Counted from the first letter of the stretch, positions 40,674 to 50,510 are shown. The stretch: DNA of 64,000 nucleotides from Patescibacteria group bacterium (GCA_041649675.1 JBAZMQ010000002.1:65920-129919); one strand, 5' to 3'. The notes: generated by a model not told the origin, from the sequence alone. Made by a program: numbers and translations.

Positions 40674-42073
40674 CCGCACTTCAAATAAAAAAATTACCAA
40701 CCGTCGTGATTATCGGCCGAATTAATGTCGGTAAATCCAATCTTTTCAATCGGCTGACTGAATCACATAAAGCCTTGGTGTCTGAGATTGAAGGTACAAC
40801 GCGTGATTATAATTTAGGTCAAGTTAATTGGCGCAAAAAAGTTTTTGAATTGATTGATACTGGCGGTGTTGATATTGAAAGTCTGAAAAATAGTATTCAG
40901 GCGATTTTACCGACTAAAAAAAATAAATTAGCCCAAAACAATCTAATTGAAACCGAAATTATTAAACAAACCAAAACCGCTTTACAAAAAGCGGATTTAA
41001 TTTTAATGGTAGTTGATGCTCAAAGTGGCCTCATGCCCCAAGATAAAGAACTAGCTTTAGTTTTGAAAAAAATTAAAACCCCAACTATGCTGGTTTGCAA
41101 CAAAGTTGACAGTCAAAAATGGCGCAACCAAACCAGTGACTTTTTCAAACTCGGTCTGGGTAATCCCTATCCGGTTTCAGCTGCGAACGGCAGCGGGACT
41201 GGGGATTTGCTTGATGATTTGATAAAAAAAATTAAGGGGCCAAAGGGCCGGCCAAAAATCGTAAATGAACAGAAACCAATCAAAGTAGCAATTATCGGCA
41301 AACCAAACGTTGGCAAATCATCTTTAGTTAATAAAATCTTAGGTGAAAACCGAGTAATTGTTTCTGATGTTCCTCAAACCACGCGCGAACCACAAGACAC
41401 TGAGATTACCTATAAAGATAATAAAATTATTTTGATTGATACTGCCGGCTTGCGCAAAAAGGCTAGGATTGAGTGGGGTTTAGAAAGAATGGCCACCAGA
41501 AGAACTTTAAAAATGATCAAAACCGCTGATGTAATTTTACTGGTAACGGAAGTCAATAAATTATTAACCGTTCAGGATAGTTATCTGGGTGGCATAGTTA
41601 AGGATTCCGGAGCGGCGATGATTATCGTGGCTAACAAATGGGATATTTTAGAAGATAAAACCGATAAAAGCGACAAAGTAGCAAAAGAATTTTACCAAGG
41701 TCATTTTTCCTACTTAAGCTTTGCCCCAATAGTTTTTATTTCGGCCAAGACTGGACGCAATGTTGATAAAATTTTAGAATTAGTACTAGAAGTAGCAACC
41801 CAGAGACGAAAAGAAATTTCCGAAAAAGACTTAAAAGAATTATTGCAAAAAGTAGTTCGCCATCATCATCCGGCCCAAGCCAAGGGTCAAAAACGGCCTC
41901 ATCTTTATACCTTGGCTCAAGTCGGAACCAATCCGCCAAAATTTTTGGTCACTATTGGCAAGGGCCAGTCAGTCCACTTCTCCTACCTCCGATTTATTGA
42001 AAACCAATTGCGTTATAATTTTGGTTTTACCGGTACGCCAATTAGCATTGGCGTAAAAAATCTAAAGCACTAA
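40670..42073 (+). CDS. der: Ribosome biogenesis GTPase Der (EngA)
   Basis: Two G domains (GRINVGKS, GKPNVGKS; DTGG, DTAG; NKVD, NKWD) and KH-like YLRFIENQLR. Confidence 0.96.
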   Translation: MTALQIKKLPTVVIIGRINVGKSNLFNRLTESHKALVSEIEGTTRDYNLGQVNWRKKVFELIDTGGVDIESLKNSIQAILPTKKNKLAQNNLIETEIIKQTKTALQKADLILMVVDAQSGLMPQDKELALVLKKIKTPTMLVCNKVDSQKWRNQTSDFFKLGLGNPYPVSAANGSGTGDLLDDLIKKIKGPKGRPKIVNEQKPIKVAIIGKPNVGKSSLVNKILGENRVIVSDVPQTTREPQDTEITYKDNKIILIDTAGLRKKARIEWGLERMATRRTLKMIKTADVILLVTEVNKLLTVQDSYLGGIVKDSGAAMIIVANKWDILEDKTDKSDKVAKEFYQGHFSYLSFAPIVFISAKTGRNVDKILELVLEVATQRRKEISEKDLKELLQKVVRHHHPAQAKGQKRPHLYTLAQVGTNPPKFLVTIGKGQSVHFSYLRFIENQLRYNFGFTGTPISIGVKNLKH

Positions 42074-42074
42074 T

Positions 42075-42647
42075 ATGAAATTAATTGTCGGCTTAGGCAA
42101 TCCAGATACAAAATACCAAGACACTTGGCATAATGTTGGCTTTATTATGATTGATAAAATTCAAGCCCATAAGCCTCAAGAATTTCTAACCTGTAAAAAT
42201 AACAAAAAATTTCAAGCCGCAATTTGCGAAGGTATGAGCCCGGAAGAAAAAATAATTTTAGTCAAACCTCAAACCTATATGAATAATTCCGGCCAAGCCG
42301 TTAGTGCTTTGGTTAATTTCTACAAAATTCAGCTGTCCGATCTCTGGGTTATTCATGACGACATCGATTTACCCTTAGGTAATATCCGAATTTCCCAAAA
42401 TGCTTCAGCCGCGGGCCATAAAGGCGTGCAATCAATCATTGACCACTTGGGCTCAAAAGATTTTGTCCGTTTCCGAATTGGCATTCAACCCCAGCATTCC
42501 GTTCAAATACCAACCGAAGCTTACGTCTTGCAAAAAATGGATAAAGAAGCTAAAGTAATCATTGATGACGTTTCTCAAGAAATAATTTCGGCCATTGAAG
42601 TTTGCCTAGCTCAAGGAGTTACGGACGCGATGAACGAATTCAATTAA
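42075..42647 (+). CDS. pth: Peptidyl-tRNA hydrolase
   Basis: LIVGLGNP, HNVGF, KPQTYMNNSG, HDDIDL, GHKG. Confidence 0.96.
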   Translation: MKLIVGLGNPDTKYQDTWHNVGFIMIDKIQAHKPQEFLTCKNNKKFQAAICEGMSPEEKIILVKPQTYMNNSGQAVSALVNFYKIQLSDLWVIHDDIDLPLGNIRISQNASAAGHKGVQSIIDHLGSKDFVRFRIGIQPQHSVQIPTEAYVLQKMDKEAKVIIDDVSQEIISAIEVCLAQGVTDAMNEFN

Positions 42648-42699
42648 AATTTAAAATTAAAAGTAATCAACATAGCGCACTAATTTTAAGTGCGTTTTT

Positions 42700-43098
42700 A
42701 TGTTAAACCAAGAATCAACCAAAAACTTAAAACCCAAAAGTCAAAACCACAACTTAAATCTTAAAACCAGGTGCTTTATCTTTTCTATTAAAATTATAAA
42801 ACTAACAGAAAAGCTGCCTCCAAAAAAATGTTACTGGATAATCGCTGACCAACTAATCAGATCAGCCACTAGTATTGGGGCTAATATTGCCGAGGCTAAA
42901 GGCAGTAATTCAAAAAAAGACTTTACTCACTTTTATCAAATCTCCTTAAAGTCGGCCAATGAGAGTAAGTATTGGCTTAATCTTTTAATCGCCTTGACCT
43001 TAACCGATAAAGACGAATTAAAAGAACTTCTTGACGAAAATATTCAACTAGCTAATATCTTAGCCGCCAGCATTTTAACCATGAGAAACAAGAGATAA
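42700..43098 (+). CDS. Four-helix bundle protein (23S rRNA IVP/Avd-like family)
   Basis: DQLIRSATSIGANIAEA, F..FY.ISLKSANE..YWL. Confidence 0.9.
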   Translation: MLNQESTKNLKPKSQNHNLNLKTRCFIFSIKIIKLTEKLPPKKCYWIIADQLIRSATSIGANIAEAKGSNSKKDFTHFYQISLKSANESKYWLNLLIALTLTDKDELKELLDENIQLANILAASILTMRNKR

Positions 43099-43138
43099 CT
43101 CCTGGTTTTGGGTTTTAAGTTTTTGGTTTTAAGATTTT
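42718..43138. repeat. Inverted heptamer-like arrays bracketing the four-helix-bundle gene
   Basis: accaaaaacttaaaacccaaaa (from 42718) and ttttgggttttaagtttttggt (from 43106) form a perfect 22-nt inverted repeat. Confidence 0.85.
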
Positions 43139-43291
43139 AAAAAAGTAGCTTCCAAGACCCTGTCTATCAGCGTAAGGCACCGTACCGAATGCTCAGTAGA
43201 TACCTTAGCTTTTGGCTAATTGGGAGAAATAGGAGGGTTAATCTCACGTTCGCCGCTGACAAACAGGGTTTTAAAAGCTACCTCAAATTAA
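43139..43291 (-). ncRNA. Candidate ~150-nt structured small RNA
   Basis: Promoter TTGACA-17-TAAGTT (43326-43298); ~28-bp closing stem whose imperfections are mostly G-U only on the minus strand; internal hairpins; 3' U-tract. Confidence 0.6.
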
Positions 43292-43373
43292 TAAAATAAC
43301 TTATCACTTTCTATCATAAATGTCAAGGGGGGCCAAAATAATGGCTAAAATATATAACTACTATCAATAATAT

Positions 43374-44483
43374 ATGAAAACAACCACTGAATTTAATAAA
43401 AATGAACTCAAATATTGGATTGCCTTTAATCAACTAACTGTAATCGGCCCCATTCGCTGGCAAAAAATTTTAAGCTATTTTCCTAATCTAAAAACTGCCT
43501 GGCAAGCACCGATTCAACAATTAATCCAAGCGGGGTTAGAAACAAAAATTGCTCAGCAGGTTAGCGAAAAGCGTCAAGGTATCACGCCAGATTTAGAATT
43601 AAAAAAAATTGAAAAACTAAACATTAAAATCGTTACTATTTTAGACGAGGCTTATCCTAAAGCGCTGAAACAAGCCTACGGCTGCCCGCCTCTGCTTTAT
43701 TATTTTGGCAATCTTGATTTAAATAATGATTATTGCCTCGCCGTTGTTGGTACGAGGAAAATTACTCCTTATGGCCAAAGAGTAACTCAGGATTTAGTTA
43801 AAGAATTAGCGGGTACCGGAATTACTATTGTTTCCGGACTAGCTTTAGGTGTTGACGCCTGTGCCCATCAAACCACTTTAGACAGTAATGGCAAAACTAT
43901 TGCGGTTTTGGGTTCGGGCTTGGATCAAATTTACCCGTCTGCCAACCGTCAGCTGGCCCAAAAAATTATTGAATCTGGTGGCGCCGTTATTTCAGAATTT
44001 CCTTTAGGCACACCGCCCTATAAATCAAACTTTCCCTTGCGCAACCGCATTATTTCGGGCTTAAGTTTAGGCACTTTAATTACTGAAGCTGGAATTAAAT
44101 CGGGAGCGTTAATCACCGGTCAATTTGCCTTGGAACAAAACCGCGAAGTTTTTGCCGTGCCGGGAAATATCTATAGTCTAACTTCAGCTGGCCCAAACCA
44201 ATTAATCAAACTGGGCGCAAAAATGGTTATTCAAGCTTCAGATATTTTGGAAACTTTAAACATTAAATCAGCGGCCAGTGCTAAACAAATCAAAGAGATT
44301 ATTCCGGAAAACGAGACGGAAAAAATGTTGTTAGAAGATTTAAACGCCGAACCGCTTCACGTTGACAAATTAGTCCAATGCACTAAACTGAATATTAGTC
44401 TCGTTAATTCCACCTTGTCGGTTTTGGAAATGAAAGGAATAATAAAAAATTTAGGTGGCCAAACTTATATTAAACTCAGATAA
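43374..44483 (+). CDS. dprA: DNA-protecting protein DprA
   Basis: AVVGTR, VSGLALGVD..AH, FPLRNRIISGLS, SGALIT, REVFAVPG. Confidence 0.96.
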   Translation: MKTTTEFNKNELKYWIAFNQLTVIGPIRWQKILSYFPNLKTAWQAPIQQLIQAGLETKIAQQVSEKRQGITPDLELKKIEKLNIKIVTILDEAYPKALKQAYGCPPLLYYFGNLDLNNDYCLAVVGTRKITPYGQRVTQDLVKELAGTGITIVSGLALGVDACAHQTTLDSNGKTIAVLGSGLDQIYPSANRQLAQKIIESGGAVISEFPLGTPPYKSNFPLRNRIISGLSLGTLITEAGIKSGALITGQFALEQNREVFAVPGNIYSLTSAGPNQLIKLGAKMVIQASDILETLNIKSAASAKQIKEIIPENETEKMLLEDLNAEPLHVDKLVQCTKLNISLVNSTLSVLEMKGIIKNLGGQTYIKLR

Positions 44484-44487
44484 ACCC

Positions 44488-45144
44488 ATGATTAAAGCTG
44501 CAATTTACGATTTAGACGATTTAATGGTTAATTCCCTGCCTCTTCACCGAAGAGCTTGGGATATTTTGTTTAATGAATACCAAGTCAAGACTGCCGACCT
44601 ACCGCCCAATCTTAGCTCCCGTTTTGTTGGCATGAGAATAAGTGATATTCTTAAAGAAATGATTAATCACTTTAAGCTTAAAGCCGACTACCAAATTCTT
44701 TACCAAAAAAGGCAAGAAATTTTTTTGAAGCTAGCCGCGGCAGAATTGGAAATGCTACCTGGTTTAATTGAATCGTTGAATTTTTTTAGAGATAATAAAA
44801 TAAAAATTGCCTTGGCAACCTCCGGCACAAAAAGATATATTAATTTTGTTTTGAACAAATTCAACCTCAACGATTTTTTTGACATCATTATTACCGGCGA
44901 CGATGTTAAACTCGGTAAACCTAACGCCGAAACTTACCAAGTCACTTGCCAGAAGTTAAATCTTGACCCCAAAGATTGTGTGGTTTTGGAAGATGCCACC
45001 AGCGGAATTATGGCAGCTAAAGCTGCTAATTGTAAGTGTATTGCCATTAAAAATCCTCACACTCCCCCGCAAATTTTAGACCAATCTGACTTAATCCTCA
45101 ATTCACTGGCCGAGATAGACTTAAATGTTTTAAATTCTCTTTAA
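44488..45144 (+). CDS. HAD family phosphatase (beta-PGM/CbbY-like)
   Basis: YDLDDLMVNS motif I variant, LATS, GKP, VLEDA..GI.AA. Confidence 0.85.
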   Translation: MIKAAIYDLDDLMVNSLPLHRRAWDILFNEYQVKTADLPPNLSSRFVGMRISDILKEMINHFKLKADYQILYQKRQEIFLKLAAAELEMLPGLIESLNFFRDNKIKIALATSGTKRYINFVLNKFNLNDFFDIIITGDDVKLGKPNAETYQVTCQKLNLDPKDCVVLEDATSGIMAAKAANCKCIAIKNPHTPPQILDQSDLILNSLAEIDLNVLNSL

Positions 45145-45920
45145 TGAAACTAAATCAGCAAGACAAAATTTTTCTTCTGTTTGGCATTTTCATTGGCGCC
45201 TTGTTGTCAGCCAATTTTTTAGGTGCCAAAATTACTGCCTTTACCCTACCTTGGGCCGTGGCCTTAATTTTAAACCTAATTTTTTGGCCGCTGATTTTTT
45301 TAATCAATCTAATTGTTTCAGCTCTACCGGCCTATACTATTTTTAGCCAGCCCTTTTTAGCTTACAATTTTTTTGACGTCATCCATGTTTCCGTTGCCAT
45401 CTTAACCGTTCCAATTATGTTTTTGGTAAACGACATAATTTCCGAAGTTATTGGCAAACCAATGGCTCACAAATTAATCAATCTAGCCCTAATTGTTATG
45501 CTCGTTGTTTTAGTTATCACAGTGATTTCTGTTTGGCTGCCAGCTGACCCCAGCCGCCAGTATTTTTCCCAACAAGCTTATGCCGATATTTTTGGCGTAT
45601 CTTTGAGAATGACTATTGCTTCAATTATTGCTTTCGTTTTAGCCCAAAAACATGATGTTTGGGCTTTTAATTTTTGGCGCCAAAAAACCAAGGGCAAATG
45701 GCTTTGGCTAAGAAACAACGCCTCTAATTTCAGTTCGGAATTTGTTGACTCAACAATTTTTATGTTCATCGCCTTTTATGCTTTAACCCCAAAATTTAAC
45801 GCTGTTTATATTTTTTCCTTAATTATTCCTTATTGGATTTTTAAAATTTTGTTTTCTCTAATCCAAACGCCATTTTGTTATTTGGGTGTTAGGTGGCTAA
45901 AAAACAACAATGAAAAATAA
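45144..45920 (+). CDS. Queuosine precursor transporter (YhhQ/Vut_1 family)
   Basis: Multi-TM; FLVNDIISEV.G, RMTIASIIAF..AQ..DV..F, LWLRNN.S...S..VDSTIF. Confidence 0.85.
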   Translation: MKLNQQDKIFLLFGIFIGALLSANFLGAKITAFTLPWAVALILNLIFWPLIFLINLIVSALPAYTIFSQPFLAYNFFDVIHVSVAILTVPIMFLVNDIISEVIGKPMAHKLINLALIVMLVVLVITVISVWLPADPSRQYFSQQAYADIFGVSLRMTIASIIAFVLAQKHDVWAFNFWRQKTKGKWLWLRNNASNFSSEFVDSTIFMFIAFYALTPKFNAVYIFSLIIPYWIFKILFSLIQTPFCYLGVRWLKNNNEK

Positions 45921-47196
45921 TTTCCAAAATTATTACCAGGCCGTAGAATACTTAGAATCTTTGTTTAATCTACCGCAAGATGATTATTTTATAAAAAAAA
46001 CCGGCCGGAAAATTTTTTTGCAGCGCCTAAAATATCTCTTAAAACTGCTTGGCAACCCCCAACTGGGTTTTAAATATATCCATATTGGCGGCACTTCCGG
46101 CAAGGGATCGGTAGCCACCATGATTCATTCCGTTCTGACTGAAGCGGGCTACAATGCCGGCTTGTTTACTTCGCCTTTTTGCACCACTTCAATTGAAAAA
46201 ATTAAAGTTGGCAACTTATTAATTAGCCCAAACGATTTTGTAAAAATTGTTGAAAGGCTAAAGCCAGCCGTTGATTTGTGCTACCAAAAATCACCTTGGG
46301 GCCATCCGTCATATTTTGAAATTTTTACCGCCATTGCCTTTTTATATTTCAAACAAAAAAAATGCGACTACGTTGTTTTGGAAGTCGGCTTGGGCGGCCG
46401 CTTTGATGCCACTAACGTTATCCCGCCACCAAAAATTACAGTCATTAATTTAATTGATTTTGATCACACCGATGTTTTGGGCAAAACTTTAAAACAAATT
46501 GCCAAAGAGAAAGCCGCCATCATTAAACCAAAAACAATATTTTTTACAACCAAGCAAAGTAATTCAGTCTTAAAAATATTGAAAACCACCTGCCAAAAAA
46601 ATCGGGCGGAATTTAATCTAATTTCCGATTTTAGCCAAAGCTATAAACTGGGTTTATTAGGCAAGCACCAACAAAAAAATGCCGCTTTAGTCGTTGCGGT
46701 TTGTCAAAAATTAGATATCAAAAAAGACAAAATTTTAACCGGTTTAAAAAAGGCCCAACTCCCCTGTCGGCTGGAAATTATTCAAAGAAAACCACTGGTA
46801 ATTTTGGACGGCGCCCATAATCTTTCCAAACTAAAAACCACCGCCGATTTTATCAAAAATTTGACATATCGTAAATTATATCTTATTATTGCCTTAACTA
46901 ACGAAAGAAATCCCAAAGAAATCTTTGGCCAGATTGAATCATTAGCCGATCATATTTTTTTCACTCGTTACCAGGCAAGGGTAAAAAAGTGTTACCCGCC
47001 AAAATTGTTGGCCAAAAAACTCAAATCTAAAAAGCCAAACGAGATATTTTTAGACGCAAAAATGGCATTAGCCAAAGCCAAAAAATTGGCAAAATCAAAT
47101 GATTTAATTTTAATCACTGGCTCGCTTTATTTAGCCGGTGAACTAAGAAATAATTGGCGGAGCGAAAAAAAAATCTTACAGCAAAGGACAACTTAA
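45910..47196 (+). CDS. folC: Folylpolyglutamate synthase/dihydrofolate synthase
   Basis: HIGGTSGKGS, FTSP, LEVGLGGRFDATN, DHTDVLG, LDGAHN, TGSLYLAGE. Confidence 0.92.
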   Translation: MKNNFQNYYQAVEYLESLFNLPQDDYFIKKTGRKIFLQRLKYLLKLLGNPQLGFKYIHIGGTSGKGSVATMIHSVLTEAGYNAGLFTSPFCTTSIEKIKVGNLLISPNDFVKIVERLKPAVDLCYQKSPWGHPSYFEIFTAIAFLYFKQKKCDYVVLEVGLGGRFDATNVIPPPKITVINLIDFDHTDVLGKTLKQIAKEKAAIIKPKTIFFTTKQSNSVLKILKTTCQKNRAEFNLISDFSQSYKLGLLGKHQQKNAALVVAVCQKLDIKKDKILTGLKKAQLPCRLEIIQRKPLVILDGAHNLSKLKTTADFIKNLTYRKLYLIIALTNERNPKEIFGQIESLADHIFFTRYQARVKKCYPPKLLAKKLKSKKPNEIFLDAKMALAKAKKLAKSNDLILITGSLYLAGELRNNWRSEKKILQQRTT

Positions 47197-47235
47197 AAAA
47201 TATTACTGTCAACATAGCGCAACCTCATAATTAAT

Positions 47236-47665
47236 CAGCTGTTAGCTTTTAGCTGATAGCTTATAGAAAGGTTAAGCTATGTACATCCAATCGTTTAAAC
47301 AATTAACTGTTTGGCAAAAATCAATTATTCTGGTTAAAGAAATTTACCTGCTCACTCGTTGTTTGCCCAAGGAAGAGTTATATGGCTTAACTAGCCAAAT
47401 GAGAAGATCGGCAGTATCTATCCCTTCCAATATTGCTGAAGGCAAGAAACGCAAAACCAAAAAAGATTTTATTCAATTTTTAAGAATCGCTGACGGTTCG
47501 GCTGCCGAGCTAGAAACTCAAGTAATGATTGCCAAAGATTTATATCCTGACCTTAACTATTCAAAAATTGAATCCTTACTCGAAGAAGTTCAAAAAATGC
47601 TGATTACAATAATTAAAAAATTGGAAACTAACTAAAAGCTATAAGCTAACAGCTACCAGCTAACT
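47236..47665. repeat. Inverted heptamer arrays (NNNAGCT)n bracketing the second four-helix-bundle gene
   Basis: cagct gttagct tttagct gatagct tatag upstream; aaaagct ataagct aacagct accagct aact downstream. Confidence 0.85.
47279..47635 (+). CDS. Four-helix bundle protein (23S rRNA IVP/Avd-like family)
   Basis: FKQLTVWQKS, PKEELYGLTSQMRRSAVSIPSNIAEG, FLRIA.GS.AELETQ. Confidence 0.93.
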   Translation: MYIQSFKQLTVWQKSIILVKEIYLLTRCLPKEELYGLTSQMRRSAVSIPSNIAEGKKRKTKKDFIQFLRIADGSAAELETQVMIAKDLYPDLNYSKIESLLEEVQKMLITIIKKLETN

Positions 47666-47666
47666 T

Positions 47667-49907
47667 ATGAAAAACTTAGTTATCGTTGAATCACCAACGA
47701 AAGCCAAAACCATTACCAAGTTTTTAGGGACCGACTATAAAATCGAGTCCTCTTTTGGTCATATCCGCGATTTGCCAAAAAGCAAATTAGGCGTTGATGT
47801 TGATAATAATTTTGAACCGCAATATGTTATTCCGCTAAAAGCCAAGAAGCACGTCACCGAATTAAAAAAATTAGCCGAGAAAGCAAAAATGATTTACTTT
47901 GCCACTGACGAAGACCGCGAAGGTGAAGCGATTTCTTGGCATTTAGTCCAAGCTTTAAAAACGCCAAAAGACAAAATTAAAAGAATAGTTTTTCATGAAA
48001 TCACCGAACATGCAATCAAAGAGGCTTTAAAAAATCCCCGAACCATTGATTTAAACTTAGTTGATGCCCAACAAGCTCGCCGGGTTTTGGACCGCTTGGT
48101 CGGCTATCAGCTTTCGCCTTTTTTATGGAAAAAAGTTGCCCGCGGACTTTCGGCCGGTCGCGTCCAATCAGTAGCCGTTCGATTAATCGTTGAACGCGAA
48201 CGAGAAATCCAAGCCTTCAAAGAGGAAGAATATTGGAGCATTGAGGGTATTTTTTGCCAACAGGCAGTTAAAACCGGACAAAAGCCAATGGATTTTGAAG
48301 CCAAGCTTCATCAAATTGATGGAAAAATTATTGATAAATTGGAAATTAAAGATCAAAAGCACGCCGACAAAATACTAAAAGACTTAAAAGATGCCAAATA
48401 CATCGTGGCCGATATTGAGCAACGGGAAATGAAAAAAAGTCCGCTGCCGCCTTTTACCACTTCCACCCTGCAACAAGAAGCGATTAAACGTTTAGGCTTT
48501 TCGGCGAAACAAACCATGATGATTGCTCAACAGCTTTACGAAGGTATTGAATTGGGTGCTGGCGGTGCCGTTGGTTTAATTACTTACATGAGAACCGACT
48601 CGGTCAATTTAGCCGACAAATTTTTAGACGAAACTCAAGATTATATCAAAAGTCAGTTTGGCCCGACTTATACTCCGGGCAAAAGATATTATAAAGCTAA
48701 ATCAAAATTGGCCCAGGAAGCCCACGAAGCGGTCCGGCCAACTTCAATTACTAATGATCCTCAAAGCGTCAAACAATATTTAGACCCCAGACAATTCAGG
48801 CTCTATCAGCTGATTTGGCAGCGGGCTTTAGCTAGCCAAATGGCCAATGCCATTATTGATACTTCAAAAGTTGATATTTCCGCTCAAAAAACACCTTATA
48901 CTTTTCGGGCTATTGGTTCGGTAATTAAATTTGAAGGCTATCTAAAAATTTATCCTTCCGCCACCAAAGAAAATCTTTTGCCGGAATTAAAAACCAAGGA
49001 AGGTTTGGATTTAGTGTCTTTAACACCAAATCAACATTTTACCCAACCGCCGGCCCGTTATTCAGAAGCGACTTTAGTCAAAATTTTGGAAGAATATGGT
49101 ATTGGCAGGCCTTCAACTTATGCGCCAACCATTGCCACGGTTCAAGACCGCGGTTATGTGACCAAGGAAGAAAAAAGATTAAAACCAACTGACCTAGCTT
49201 TTTTGGTCAACGACCTTTTAGTCAAACACTTCCCTAATATTGTTGACTATGAATTCACGGCCAATATGGAAAACGACTTGGACGAAATTGCCGAGGGCAA
49301 AAGAAAATGGCAACCAATTATCCACGAATTTTGGGGGCCGTTCAAATCAAATTTGGATGAAAAATATAAAGAATTAGACAAACAAGAACTGACTGAAACA
49401 AAAACCGATGAGGTCTGCGAGCTTTGCGGCAAGCCAATGGTGATTAAAATCGGCCGGTTTGGTAAATTTTTGGCTTGCACCGGTTACCCGGAATGCAAAA
49501 ATACCAAACCCTTAGCCGAAGGCGGCCTTGAGCCACAAAAACCACAAGAGACTGGCGAAAAATGTCCAGAGTGCGAAAGCCCCTTGGTTAAACGCAAAGG
49601 CCGGTTTGGCGAATTTGTCGGCTGTTCAAATTATCCTAAATGTAAGTACATTAAAAAACAACCGTCTCAAGAATTCGGTACCTGTCCCAAATGCAACAAG
49701 GGAAAAATTGTTGGCAAGCGTTCCCGCCGCGGCTGGTTTTATGGTTGCAGCGCTTATCCGGATTGTAACTTTGCCTTGTGGGGTAAACCCGTAATTGCCG
49801 AGGGTAAAACTGAGCCAGAAAAATGTCCGGACTGCGGCTCAATTTTAGTTCACGCCAAAGAAGATCAGATAAAGTGCAGTAGTAAAGAATGCAAATATAA
49901 ACAATAA
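47667..49907 (+). CDS. topA: DNA topoisomerase I (type IA) with C-terminal Zn ribbons
   Basis: LVIVESPTKA, ATDEDREGE, SAGRVQS, LITYMRTDS, GIGRPSTYA, repeated C4 ribbons. Confidence 0.98.
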   Translation: MKNLVIVESPTKAKTITKFLGTDYKIESSFGHIRDLPKSKLGVDVDNNFEPQYVIPLKAKKHVTELKKLAEKAKMIYFATDEDREGEAISWHLVQALKTPKDKIKRIVFHEITEHAIKEALKNPRTIDLNLVDAQQARRVLDRLVGYQLSPFLWKKVARGLSAGRVQSVAVRLIVEREREIQAFKEEEYWSIEGIFCQQAVKTGQKPMDFEAKLHQIDGKIIDKLEIKDQKHADKILKDLKDAKYIVADIEQREMKKSPLPPFTTSTLQQEAIKRLGFSAKQTMMIAQQLYEGIELGAGGAVGLITYMRTDSVNLADKFLDETQDYIKSQFGPTYTPGKRYYKAKSKLAQEAHEAVRPTSITNDPQSVKQYLDPRQFRLYQLIWQRALASQMANAIIDTSKVDISAQKTPYTFRAIGSVIKFEGYLKIYPSATKENLLPELKTKEGLDLVSLTPNQHFTQPPARYSEATLVKILEEYGIGRPSTYAPTIATVQDRGYVTKEEKRLKPTDLAFLVNDLLVKHFPNIVDYEFTANMENDLDEIAEGKRKWQPIIHEFWGPFKSNLDEKYKELDKQELTETKTDEVCELCGKPMVIKIGRFGKFLACTGYPECKNTKPLAEGGLEPQKPQETGEKCPECESPLVKRKGRFGEFVGCSNYPKCKYIKKQPSQEFGTCPKCNKGKIVGKRSRRGWFYGCSAYPDCNFALWGKPVIAEGKTEPEKCPDCGSILVHAKEDQIKCSSKECKYKQ

Positions 49908-49926
49908 TAAAATTTTTAAGCTAAAC

Positions 49927-49953
49927 AAAAAATCCCCGAATCGGGGATTTTTT
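49927..49953. terminator. Bidirectional terminator
   Basis: aaaaaatccccga-a-tcggggatttttt between convergent genes. Confidence 0.75.
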
Positions 49954-49973
49954 GTATCATTGACAAAATTGTT

Positions 49974-50156
49974 TTAATAAATTGCGCCCAACGAATAAGA
50001 AACAACCGATAGGGCTAAATACATTGGCAAAACCAGCGTGGCCGTCAGCACCAAATACGTGCGGGCGATGTCAAAATCCATATCCCCGACTTTCTGCGGC
50101 ATTGGGCCACATTGCATCTGGGGCGTTGTTTGACTTGTGTCTTGAATCTGTTGCAT
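49974..50156 (-). CDS. Small 60-aa membrane protein
   Basis: C-terminal hydrophobic helix; downstream of promoter TTGACA-17-TATACT (50433-50405) and a ~240-nt leader. Confidence 0.5.
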   Translation of the reverse strand: MQQIQDTSQTTPQMQCGPMPQKVGDMDFDIARTYLVLTATLVLPMYLALSVVSYSLGAIY

Positions 50157-50445
50157 ATGTTTGTTTTTGTTTTATCCCAACTTGCCGTTGAGAATTTTTA
50201 TTTTCCCTGATTTTAAAGGATCAAACATCGCGGCAATTTTTTTAAAGAAATAAACTGAGTTGGACCGCGTGTTAATTTTGATTTTTGTTTTTTGGCGCCC
50301 GCGTGTTATCTTGGGGCATATTGTCACGCCGTAGGTCACCTGAGGCAACCAAAGGCGGACAAATTAAAAAGATAGGGCAATCCCTATCTGAACTCTATAA
50401 ATACAGTATAGCATACCTAAATTATTTTGTCAACTTAGTTTGCAA

Positions 50446-50510
50446 TGCGGTTGGAAGAGAGTTAGACCCCGAAACCATGTTGATGCTAGGGTACTCCTTC
50501 CAAACCGCAA
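50446..50510 (-). ncRNA. Candidate ~65-nt hairpin RNA
   Basis: Promoter TTGCCA-17-TAAGAT directly upstream; stem GCGGTTTGGAAGGAGT/ACTCTCTTCCAACCGC. Confidence 0.4.

Noticed and set aside
42700-47635. Complete DGR formed by Avd-like genes and the variable-looking gene
   Set aside because: No reverse transcriptase or template repeat is visible in the window; only the separate components are reported.
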